NCBI GenBank assembly: GCA_944350495.1
Contig: CALVOZ010000002.1
Span: 222,193 to 286,192, forward strand
DNA: 64,000 nucleotides
Source of the DNA: an uncultured Bacilli bacterium
GTDB taxonomy: Bacteria > Bacillota_I > Bacilli_A > RF39 > UBA660
Reading direction: 5' to 3'
Below are positions 21,101 to 28,850 of the stretch, in pieces. The stretch's first letter is position 1; each line of letters begins with the position of its first letter. The notes beneath the pieces were generated by a model. That model did no database searches and had not been told where the DNA came from. It saw only the letters and a list, made by a program, of their open reading frames with translations. The position numbers were made by a program, and so were the translations under genes.

Positions 21101-22312
21101 GTTCATTATGATAAAGTAAAAGAATATTCTACAAGTGATGCTCCTTTAACTTTTTTAGAAATTATAGATACAGTTCTTAGTATAGATGATCCAAGATTGA
21201 TGAAAGAAATATATGAAAAATCTACTAAAAGATATTCTTTAGGAGACTATTTGACAATAGAGTCAATAATTCAAGATAGTTATACTAGTGAGATTGCAAA
21301 ATCATACATCGGTAGACAAAAAGGCAATTTAGTTTCTAAAACATATAAAGACAAAGAAGGAAACGATGTTAATATAGAATTAACTGAATTATTTAATGAC
21401 TTTGGAATACTAGTTCATAGTACTTGTGCTTATGGTGAAATGCCATTGTTAGATAATGATTATTTTATTTCATGGAACAATAATCCTAATACAACTAATC
21501 ATGGTATTTGTTGTTCTTATATTACTAATTCTAGTTATGGAACAGCTAGTGTAAAAGGTAATGGAGTTATGTTTGGCTTTTTAAATATTAATTCACATTC
21601 TATAGCTACATATTCCCCATACGATTTAGCAACTGTTAATAATGGATATAACATTACTAGTCAATATGTGCCACATTATGTAACATTAGAAGATATGCCT
21701 AATTTTACACGACATACTCATAATGAAGTAGATTTGGAGCGTAGAAATGATACTTTAGAGAATAGATTTAATTGTATTCAACCTGATTGCATTATTATTT
21801 TAGAAGAAATGTCAGATGAAATTAAAGCAAATAGTCTTAAAGCTTATGAAGATTTTAAAAAACATGGAGTGGATTTAAAACTTTTCTATTTTGATAGAAC
21901 AAAAAATTCTCTAAATGAAGCTGAAAAGATAAAGACAATGATGATGGAATATTATGGTACTTATGATTTTAATAAATTAGCAGAATTAATTAACATCTAT
22001 GAATCTAATTTATGTAGTTGTACTTTTATAGATGGTATAGATAAAGATGAAACATTTATGACTTTATCTATGGAAAAATTATTGGCTGATACTATAAGTT
22101 TTATTGCTTCAACCCCTATTCGAACTGATAGAATAAAATTAGCACAAAGCTTAGAGGAAGTATTAGATAGAGAACAATATAAATTTAATTTATTAAATGA
22201 TCGAAATAAAAAAAGAGCTCGAAAATTCGAATTATATACTCCGGTGATTAGAGAACAAATAAGAATGTTAAAAGGCGAAGGAACTAATTTAGAGAGCAGA
22301 AAGGTAATGTAA
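18122..22312 (+). CDS. Giant hypothetical protein: about 1090 aa of helical repeats plus a Cys/His-rich C-terminal globular domain
   Basis: Uninterrupted 4.19-kb ORF in about 25-30% GC DNA. It has no signal peptide, TM or Walker A. A [KN]NP[ENG] motif recurs. The C-terminal domain is FGILVHSTCAYGEMPLLDNDYF...NHGICCSYI...HNEVDLERR. Confidence 0.85.
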   Translation: MNLTVEIINGIKDLINANDSLDDESKKFYLGQLDSGDNTNVLNSVERFIISISNSPVIKKIWSNHNIIDIIFICVHDKEDEYSVKKSLVFQNLGSQIDLNEFFSNDYVIEKIRKEGITDFNKIFNGFLDFFPEPLKSEFVEQHINEAGKSLRELSRLPESYFKRELSKQETFNAIFEELKKDVYCFEINETNERIIWNTYKEKISEMSLSYKLRFFQKVENKELKQEIFSYLSLNNEIENVDDYTARILVKYISQEDIYNLFLKCTKESEYDKYLGSMDSEHQLKALKFLISKKINVFKPVVFSALNTNVKERLIELNPGFASIEQLYELYKDTKDVKFMQQIKEKLMEEDQILVSQVLFEDDFIRFCSPQELDVFISKINGLKFLNFPEDNLINYNDAFLKKYIEQIVNFCQNNPNELIIVHFDKYKKYFTDAQQDIIINNIKLDNWLSEVLNNSEIFNFFVSLLKKKPEILNKFDLKGISLSISIKDELVNRIDELLIYFSEDNLELFYSDEVLAANEKLRNKFLESAKNNPNLINSKQKFRLFSIEERRKLIMTLPVKIILSLLNDNNPEFDYIAIVSKRLKDIIDYFNDQNLYHINNLISDVYIRLTSEEQEYFVNHLTNLNVLDALFKFLSHEEKQVEKEFVLSRIISTNRANMMKYIYNKSQDYFRTNSNRLDIKEYRNEDLQMLIDKADITMLMYILTYYNSDAIIKRIVELTRENYKNLLNPEILSILTNSLAKFPDQLKREMEQRYEQIVNENELYLSVVKPKAKNLSLLENLKFMYLFENNQLIGFKLEMFKKLLNKNPFVLTTLNPILFEDNIALMDEHFIDKTSKYEILQLQLEMIVKSNTGLSSFLKKASDYLLKNEHYEAVYDKKISMLITYLANDKSKLKDYDFTQLDNLEDLINYILHDYTNTESVYIYGKPDEYFDYKRIEETNNFAIYDFTNQRISKCDELFYASKDLNEMKNMYFNKFLSISLYDAVKFKKKYMVHYDKVKEYSTSDAPLTFLEIIDTVLSIDDPRLMKEIYEKSTKRYSLGDYLTIESIIQDSYTSEIAKSYIGRQKGNLVSKTYKDKEGNDVNIELTELFNDFGILVHSTCAYGEMPLLDNDYFISWNNNPNTTNHGICCSYITNSSYGTASVKGNGVMFGFLNINSHSIATYSPYDLATVNNGYNITSQYVPHYVTLEDMPNFTRHTHNEVDLERRNDTLENRFNCIQPDCIIILEEMSDEIKANSLKAYEDFKKHGVDLKLFYFDRTKNSLNEAEKIKTMMMEYYGTYDFNKLAELINIYESNLCSCTFIDGIDKDETFMTLSMEKLLADTISFIASTPIRTDRIKLAQSLEEVLDREQYKFNLLNDRNKKRARKFELYTPVIREQIRMLKGEGTNLESRKVM

Positions 22313-22313
22313 T

Positions 22314-22709
22314 ATGAATCAAAAAGATGAATTAAATGAAAGATTAAAAGAAACAACAGTATTTTTAAATGATATAATGAATCAACTTGTTACTTGTAAT
22401 TTTATATTTATTTATGATAATAAAGTTATCTTAAAAAATATTGATAGGTCATTTCCAACTATTAATATATTAAAAAAAGATTTACATGAAGATATAATTA
22501 CAGCAAAAATTAATAAAGAGTTAAATGTTCCAATTTCCAAAGTAAATATATTACCTTTTGAAACTACTAATGACTCTGATATTAGGATATATAAAATAGA
22601 GATATCCCCAAATGACTTTATAAATATAAATGATAAATATAAATTTTATTTAATAGATTCCATTGATAATGAATATGTCTTAAACATTTTAGAAAATTTA
22701 TTTAAGTAA
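22314..22709 (+). CDS. Hypothetical 131-aa protein translationally coupled to the giant ORF
   Basis: Its ATG starts 1 nt after the upstream TAA. It is soluble, has one Cys and no His, and shows no recognisable motif. Confidence 0.6.
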   Translation: MNQKDELNERLKETTVFLNDIMNQLVTCNFIFIYDNKVILKNIDRSFPTINILKKDLHEDIITAKINKELNVPISKVNILPFETTNDSDIRIYKIEISPNDFININDKYKFYLIDSIDNEYVLNILENLFK

Positions 22710-22712
22710 AGA

Positions 22713-22737
22713 AATTAGTTTTATACTAATTTTTTTG
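22713..22737 (+). terminator. Intrinsic terminator after the two-gene module
   Basis: AAATTAGT / ACTAATTT stem, then TTTT. Confidence 0.5.
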
Positions 22738-22742
22738 AGCTC

Positions 22743-22771
22743 TTTACATCTTTTAAGAGTTGTGCTATAAT
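22743..22771 (+). promoter_or_regulatory. Sigma-A promoter of typA
   Basis: TTTACA, a 17-nt spacer, then TATAAT. Confidence 0.6.
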
Positions 22772-22800
22772 CACGAAGTGAAAAAAAGGAGTAGTTGTTT

Positions 22801-24609
22801 ATGAATAAAAGAAATATTGCGATTATAGCCCATGTTGACCATGGTAAAACAACTTTAGTAGATAAACTTTTACAATCATCAGGAACTTTTAGAGATAATG
22901 AAGTAGTTCAAGAACGTGCAATGGATTCTAACGACATTGAAAGGGAAAGAGGAATTACAATTTTAGCTAAAACGACTGCTATTAATTATAAAGGATATCG
23001 TATTAATATTCTTGATACTCCAGGACATGCTGATTTTGGCGGCGAAGTGGAAAGAATTATGAATATGGTTGATGGTGTAATTCTTGTTGTTGATGCTTAT
23101 GAAGGAACAATGCCTCAAACCAGATTTGTATTGAAGAAAGCGATGGAAGCAGGAGTAAAACCTATTGTTCTAGTAAATAAGATTGACAAACCATCTGCAA
23201 GACCTAAAGAAGTAGTCGATGAAGTTATGGATTTATTTATTGAATTAGGTGCTGACATTGAAGATTTAGATTTCCCTGTTGCGTATTGTTCAGCTCTTAA
23301 TAATACATCTTCTTTAAGTGCTGATATAAGTACACAAGAAGATGGTATGCAAAAGATTCTTGATATGATTATTGAGTATATTCCAGAACCAAATGTTAGT
23401 TTAGAAGGTTCTTTACAATTCCAACCCGCATTATTAGATTATAATGACTTTGTAGGACGTATTGGAATTGGTTTAATTAAAAGAGGAAAAGTTCATATTA
23501 ATGAAATGGTTAGCTGTGTAAGATTAGATGGTACTATTAAGCAATTTAGAGTTGCAAAACTATATGGCTTTTTAGGTCTTAAGAGAGTTGAAATAGAAGA
23601 AGCAAGCGCTGGCGATATCGTTGCTATGGCTGGATTACCTGATATTTCAGTTGGAGAAACTGTTTGTACAGTTAATCAGGAAGAAGCTTTACCAATTTTA
23701 CATATAGATGAACCTACATTACAAATGACATTTGGAGTTAATACAAGCCCATTTTGTGGTAAAGAGGGAAAAATAGTTACTGCAAGAAAAATTGAGGAAA
23801 GATTAATGAAAGAAACTGAAAAAGATGTTTCCTTAAAGGTTGAACCAAATGATTCAGAATCATTTATTGTATCTGGTCGTGGAGAACTTCATTTATCAAT
23901 ATTAATTGAGAATATGCGTCGTGAAGGTTTTGAATTACAAGTATCTAAACCTCAAATAATTTTAAAAGAGATTAATGGTGAAATATGTGAACCTTTTGAA
24001 GATGTTCAAATTGATGTACCAGACGAATATGTTGGATCTGTAATTGAAGCATTAGGAAATCGTGAAGGTGTTATGGAAAATATGATAACTCATGAAGGTC
24101 AAACTAAATTATTGTATGTTTTACCTACTAGAGGATTAATTGGATTTGCAACAGAATTTATGACTATGACTAAAGGCTATGGTATTATGAATCACACTTA
24201 TAAAGAATATCGTAAACAAGTAGGTTCAACTGTTGGGTCACGTAAAAATGGAGTATTAGTTTCAATGGAAAACGGAAAATCTACAGCTTATGCTTTAGGT
24301 GGACTAGAAGAACGCGGTGTCATGTTTATTGAACCTGGTGTCGATGTATATGAAGGAATGATTGTAGGTGAGAACAATCATGATAACGATTTAGCTGTAA
24401 ATGTTGTAAAAGGAAAAAATTTAACAAATACAAGAAGTGCTGGAAAAGATCACACTGTTGTTCTAAAAAGGCCTCGTTTAATGAGTCTAGAGACATGTTT
24501 AGACTACATTAATAAAGATGAATTAGTAGAAGTTACACCAATTAGTTTTAGGATGAGAAAGAAAATTTTAAATACAAATGAGAGAAAAAAAGTTGATAGT
24601 AAAAATTAA
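22801..24609 (+). CDS. typA: Translational GTPase TypA/BipA
   Basis: [31 protein letters not shown] and NKID motifs. The ATG at 22801 follows AAAGGAG. Confidence 0.96.
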   Translation: MNKRNIAIIAHVDHGKTTLVDKLLQSSGTFRDNEVVQERAMDSNDIERERGITILAKTTAINYKGYRINILDTPGHADFGGEVERIMNMVDGVILVVDAYEGTMPQTRFVLKKAMEAGVKPIVLVNKIDKPSARPKEVVDEVMDLFIELGADIEDLDFPVAYCSALNNTSSLSADISTQEDGMQKILDMIIEYIPEPNVSLEGSLQFQPALLDYNDFVGRIGIGLIKRGKVHINEMVSCVRLDGTIKQFRVAKLYGFLGLKRVEIEEASAGDIVAMAGLPDISVGETVCTVNQEEALPILHIDEPTLQMTFGVNTSPFCGKEGKIVTARKIEERLMKETEKDVSLKVEPNDSESFIVSGRGELHLSILIENMRREGFELQVSKPQIILKEINGEICEPFEDVQIDVPDEYVGSVIEALGNREGVMENMITHEGQTKLLYVLPTRGLIGFATEFMTMTKGYGIMNHTYKEYRKQVGSTVGSRKNGVLVSMENGKSTAYALGGLEERGVMFIEPGVDVYEGMIVGENNHDNDLAVNVVKGKNLTNTRSAGKDHTVVLKRPRLMSLETCLDYINKDELVEVTPISFRMRKKILNTNERKKVDSKN

Positions 24610-24674
24610 TTGCTATCTTTTTTATTGAAAATTAAGAATATTTAAAAAAAATTAAAAAAATTTTAAAAAAAGTG

Positions 24675-24703
24675 TTGCATTATTAAAAAAATGTTGTTAT
24701 AAT
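24675..24703 (+). promoter_or_regulatory. Sigma-A promoter driving the structured RNA
   Basis: TTGCAT, a 17-nt spacer, then TATAAT, preceded by an A/T-tract UP-like region. Confidence 0.6.
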
Positions 24704-24709
24704 AAAATT

Positions 24710-25070
24710 ACTTAATAGAACAGTAGAGAGAAATCATATTACAAAACAAAAAATTTTTGTGGAGCATTTCAAATGCGATGAAGGAAAAGTTTGGAGTTAG
24801 TATATATGAATTTCTTAAAGATGATTAAAATAATATAAATTAATATTTATATTAATAATAAATCATTGTCTACTATTTTCATTAAATAATTAGTATATAA
24901 AAATATATTAATGTAATGAAAATTTAAAAGAACAACTCCAAAAGAGTCTTATCATCTATTAAGTATATAGCTATGTGGGGAAAGAAAACCCCTGATGAGC
25001 AATTCTATCTAGTGACTTGGTATAGAATTGGTTCTAAACTAGAACAACGATTAGTCAACGTTGTTTTTTT
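24710..25070 (+). ncRNA. Unclassified structured RNA of about 360 nt (stand-alone sRNA or cis-leader)
   Basis: Bounded by a consensus promoter and a terminator (AACAACG / CGTTGTT plus T5, 25043-25070). It contains at least 6 hairpins and a long-range helix (24790-98 with 24934-42). No convincing ORF or RBS is present. Confidence 0.5.
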
Positions 25071-25080
25071 GTTGTTTTTC

Positions 25081-25109
25081 TTTACAAAGAATTATGATTA
25101 TATTATAAT
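25081..25109 (+). promoter_or_regulatory. Candidate second sigma-A promoter, for the 657-aa ORF
   Basis: TTTACA, a 17-nt spacer, then TATAAT, located between the RNA terminator and the RBS AAGAGGTG. Confidence 0.45.
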
Positions 25110-25132
25110 AAACGCCAAAAGAGGTGTTGTTT

Positions 25133-27106
25133 ATGGATGAACCAAGTAGAATGATGATAGCTAGTGACTTACTTGATGAAGCTTATGAATTGACTCAAGA
25201 TTATGAAGGTATAGAAAAAATTAATATTATATATAAGTTTTTAATTGGAGCTAAAAGCGACGTTTCAGGTCTTAATGAATCGATATGTTCAAGTCATGTA
25301 ATTAGTCAAGAACTGTTAAATGTTTATAAAAGAGATGCAATGGTTGTGTTATTTGCAAATGGTTATGAATATTTAAGATATCTTGATAAAGAAAATGAAA
25401 TTTACGACGAAGAACGCCAACTATTAAATGATTTAGACAAATTATCGTTTACATTTACACATTTATTTGACTATTTTACTTCTCCAAAAAATTACGATAA
25501 AGTTATACGGCTTTTAGTAAGACATTATGAATACATATCGAAAAGTAATAAAATTATAAATGAATGTCAAGATTACAGTTTTGACAATCAAACACCATTT
25601 AGAAACGCTATTGTTGATTATTTATCTAACGTTGAAGCATTAGATTTTGTTTGCATGTTGTTTGATGAGCTAGATGAAAAATATCAAGGCCAAATAAATT
25701 TTGTAGTTTCTGGCGAAGAAGAAGTTGATGATGATGAAAAAATAATGTTAGAAGAGGAATGGGACGAAGAAGAGTTTGTTGAGGAAGATTTTGATGAAGA
25801 AGCATACCAAGAATCTATTGATGAATTGTTTAATGATCATAGTGAAGCAGTTCATCAGATTTTATTGAACTTTCAAGTTGAGTTCCATGATAAATTGATG
25901 GACTGGTTGGAGAATTATTTTGGAGATAAGTTTGAAAGTGACAATTTTTTTGGTTTTTTAGCAAGTTATTTATATAAGTTTTTATTAGATACTAAAAAAA
26001 ATGGGAGATTGTTAGAAGAAGAAAAACAATTATTAGATTTATATGAAAGGCCAGATACGCAAGCTGATATATTAATTCAAAGTTTTTATGATAATCCAAA
26101 GTATGCTTTTGAAGCTATTGAGTCATTAAGTAGACATTATTATGATTATCATACTGATATCCTAACAATGCGTGATCGAGAAGAAGACGATTTTGTAGCG
26201 TCTAAAATTCGAATGTTAGATGAATATTATCCAACCAACAAATTAACTAGCAAAGTTATATTGCGTTCTACTGAGATTTATGAGATATGCGATATGATAT
26301 TTATGAAATATAAAATAGATTATCCAAACGATTACCTTGAAAGATTATATACGGTGCTGATTCAAAACTCAGATTTTGAGCCAATTTTTTATGAGTTAGA
26401 TATGGGTGAAGATGCTTTATATTGTCGGATTATTTTAATTAGATATTTTTGCCGAATATTTATTAGTTCTATTTCTATTGCTGATTTAAGTAGTATTACT
26501 TCCGATGAATACCCTGCTTTTGAACAAATTATGGGGCAAGAAGCAACTAATTATAACTTAGCTAAAATTTTTAGTAAATACGGGTTAGAGATTCTAAAAA
26601 GGTACGAATTAACTTTAAATTTAGAAATTAAGAATGAGAGAGAAAACATTAGAAAAAATAAAAAAAGCGGTGTTTTAAAAAGAATGTTTTTAATTGATCC
26701 TATGATTGTTGGCGATTCAACTTTCTATCGAGCACTAACTGATTCAAAAATATATCAATATATTGAGCAAAATGGTATAGCAAAAGCAAATTCATATTTG
26801 CATACTTTAGCTAAAGAAGATTATATTGAAGCACGGGATATGTTGAATGAAATATTGGTTTCAATATATATGAACGCAGAAAGTAAGCAAGAATTAAATG
26901 CAATAGAAAGAATGGTAATGTCCTCTTTTGATATGAAAAAAGATGATTTTGATTTTTTTATCAAAGCAGCACTAGATGATTTAGTTGTTTTATTACAATT
27001 ATTAGAACAATATTATGAAAATGAAAAAGACGAAGATTATCCATTAAAATTTGAAGAACGATTAGTTCAATTACCAAAGGTAAAAGAAAAATTATATCCT
27101 CTATAG
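25133..27106 (+). CDS. Hypothetical acidic helical protein with internal repeats
   Basis: 657 aa from the ATG at 25133. It has an acidic tract (EEEVDDDEKIMLEEEWDEEEFVEEDFDEE) and a repeated E-x-QLL...[NS]PK.Y...RHY.Y module. No TM is present and no family is recognised. Confidence 0.75.
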   Translation: MDEPSRMMIASDLLDEAYELTQDYEGIEKINIIYKFLIGAKSDVSGLNESICSSHVISQELLNVYKRDAMVVLFANGYEYLRYLDKENEIYDEERQLLNDLDKLSFTFTHLFDYFTSPKNYDKVIRLLVRHYEYISKSNKIINECQDYSFDNQTPFRNAIVDYLSNVEALDFVCMLFDELDEKYQGQINFVVSGEEEVDDDEKIMLEEEWDEEEFVEEDFDEEAYQESIDELFNDHSEAVHQILLNFQVEFHDKLMDWLENYFGDKFESDNFFGFLASYLYKFLLDTKKNGRLLEEEKQLLDLYERPDTQADILIQSFYDNPKYAFEAIESLSRHYYDYHTDILTMRDREEDDFVASKIRMLDEYYPTNKLTSKVILRSTEIYEICDMIFMKYKIDYPNDYLERLYTVLIQNSDFEPIFYELDMGEDALYCRIILIRYFCRIFISSISIADLSSITSDEYPAFEQIMGQEATNYNLAKIFSKYGLEILKRYELTLNLEIKNERENIRKNKKSGVLKRMFLIDPMIVGDSTFYRALTDSKIYQYIEQNGIAKANSYLHTLAKEDYIEARDMLNEILVSIYMNAESKQELNAIERMVMSSFDMKKDDFDFFIKAALDDLVVLLQLLEQYYENEKDEDYPLKFEERLVQLPKVKEKLYPL

Positions 27107-27194
27107 TTGCTAAAAACAAAGTTATGATTTTATAGATTTATGATTCTAAATGTGTTAAAATGGATATGTAAACAATTAAAGATAGGTGAAGAAA

Positions 27195-27980
27195 ATGGGA
27201 AAGATTATAGCATTTGTTAATCAAAAAGGTGGAGTTGGTAAAACAACTTCAAGTATTAATTTAGCAGCCTCATTGGGTTTACTTGGAAAAAAAACTCTTT
27301 TAGTTGACTTGGATCCACAAGGAAATGCCACTACTGGTGTTGGAATTGTTAAAAGTGAAGTAAAAGATAGTGTTTATGAATTACTAACAGAAAAAGCAGA
27401 AGTAAAAGATGTTATTATAAAAACTAAATTTAAAAATTTATATACAATACCAGCTTCTATTAACTTAGCTGGTGTAGACATGGAATTAATGGAGATGTCT
27501 AGAAACAATAGAGAATTTATTGCACAATTACAATTAAAAAAAGCTTTAGAAGATGGAGCAAAAATATTCGATTATATTATTTTAGATTGTCCACCTTCAT
27601 TGGGATTAATTACAACTAATGCTTTAGCAGCTTCAAATTCGGTTATTATTCCGGTACAATGTGAATTTTTTGCACTTGAAGGAATTATGCAACTTTTAAA
27701 TTCTATTATGATTGCACAAAAAAAATTAAATCCTGAATTAGTTATTGAGGGCGTTTTGTTGACTATGCTTGATAATCGTACTAATTTAGGTCTTGAAGTT
27801 GTAGAAGAAATTAAGAGTTACTTTAAAGAAAAAGTTTATGATACAATTATTCCACGTTTAGTTAGGTTATCAGAAGCACCAAGCCATGGTAAACCAATTC
27901 ATGCATATGACCCTAAGAGCAGGGGTACAGAGGCATATTTAAATTTGGCAAAAGAGGTGATTGAGAGAAATGGAAATTAA
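27195..27980 (+). CDS. parA: Chromosome partitioning ATPase ParA/Soj
   Basis: KIIAFVNQKGGVGKTT deviant Walker A and DCPPSLG. Confidence 0.95.
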   Translation: MGKIIAFVNQKGGVGKTTSSINLAASLGLLGKKTLLVDLDPQGNATTGVGIVKSEVKDSVYELLTEKAEVKDVIIKTKFKNLYTIPASINLAGVDMELMEMSRNNREFIAQLQLKKALEDGAKIFDYIILDCPPSLGLITTNALAASNSVIIPVQCEFFALEGIMQLLNSIMIAQKKLNPELVIEGVLLTMLDNRTNLGLEVVEEIKSYFKEKVYDTIIPRLVRLSEAPSHGKPIHAYDPKSRGTEAYLNLAKEVIERNGN

Positions 27981-28848
27981 AAAAAGAGCTCTAGGAAAAG
28001 GTTTAGAGCAATTATTTAACACTGAAAATTTAGATTTAGATAGTTTCGAAAAGAGTGTATATGAGACAGCTACTAAAGAGGAAATTATTGAAATTGATTT
28101 ATCTGAATTAAGAGCTAATCCATATCAACCAAGACGAATATTTAATGATGAATCATTAAGAGAATTAACTGAATCAATTAAAGAACATGGTGTTTTTCAA
28201 CCAATTATCGTAAAAAAAAGTATTAAAGGCTATGAAATTATTGCTGGTGAACGAAGAGTACGTGCTAGTAAAATGGCTGGTTTGACAACTATTCCGGCAA
28301 TTGTTCGTAATTTAAATGATGAACAAATGATGGAAATAGCGCTTTTAGAAAACTTGCAAAGAGAAAATTTATCAGCTATTGAAGAAGCAATTGCTTATCG
28401 TGCAATGATTGAAAAATTAAATTTAACACAAGACGAGTTGAGTGCTAAAGTAGGTAAGAGTAGAAGTCATATTACTAATATTTTAGGACTTTTAAGATTG
28501 CCTGCTGAAGTTCAAGATATGGTTAATAGAAACGAACTTAGTATGGCACATGCTAGAGTCTTATCTAAATTAGATGATGATGCTAAAATCATTGAAATGG
28601 CACATGACATTATTGAAAATAAAATACCAGTTCGTAAATTAGAATATCAAGCAGGTTCCCTTGGTAAAAAGAATAAAAGTGAGAAAATTAAAACAACTGA
28701 TAAAAGTACAGAGTTCAGATATGCTGAAGATTTACTTCGTGAAAAGTTAGATACTAAAGTAAAAATTCGTGAAAATAAAATTGAAATTAGCTTTACAAAT
28801 GTTGCAGATTTAAATAGGATTTTAGATACTATTAATGTTAAAGGATAA
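27970..28848 (+). CDS. parB: Chromosome partitioning protein ParB/Spo0J
   Basis: ALGKGLEQL, NPYQPRRIF, IIAGERRVRASK and an HTH (LTQDELSAKVGKSRSHITN). It overlaps the parA end. Confidence 0.95.
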   Translation: MEIKKRALGKGLEQLFNTENLDLDSFEKSVYETATKEEIIEIDLSELRANPYQPRRIFNDESLRELTESIKEHGVFQPIIVKKSIKGYEIIAGERRVRASKMAGLTTIPAIVRNLNDEQMMEIALLENLQRENLSAIEEAIAYRAMIEKLNLTQDELSAKVGKSRSHITNILGLLRLPAEVQDMVNRNELSMAHARVLSKLDDDAKIIEMAHDIIENKIPVRKLEYQAGSLGKKNKSEKIKTTDKSTEFRYAEDLLREKLDTKVKIRENKIEISFTNVADLNRILDTINVKG

Positions 28849-28850
28849 TT

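Noticed and set aside
24826-24858. A 10-codon ORF (MNFLKMIKII), with a GGAG 9 nt upstream, lies inside the structured RNA. It could be a leader peptide.
   Set aside because: The GGAG is part of the long-range helix. The ORF is too short and AT-rich to distinguish from chance. It is noted only as something Ribo-seq could test.
24992-24999. A CUGAUGAG hammerhead-ribozyme core motif occurs inside the structured RNA.
   Set aside because: The hairpin that follows is not closed by the required G-C pair plus GAAA. No stem III or cleavage-site context is present.
24710-25070. I considered assigning the 360-nt RNA to RNase P RNA, tmRNA, SRP RNA, or a T-box or other known riboswitch.
   Set aside because: The length suits RNase P or tmRNA, and GAAGGAAAAGU loosely resembles CR-I. 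However, the S-domain conserved blocks (AGGGUGAAA, ACAGAA..GGCUUA) are absent. So are a tRNA-like end with GGUUCGA..CCA and the T-box GGUGGUACC sequence. It is left unclassified.
24973-25139. A 55-codon ORF (MWGKKTPDEQFYLVTWYRIG...) spans the RNA 3' part, the terminator and the next gene's RBS.
   Set aside because: It has no RBS, runs through an intrinsic terminator and a promoter, and ends out of frame inside the next gene's start region.
27107-28848. I searched for parS (TGTTTCACGTGAAACA) in and around parAB. Near-matches elsewhere are at about 10259 and about 60276.
   Set aside because: I found no site with fewer than 4 mismatches. The CACGTG-containing near-matches are inside unrelated coding regions.
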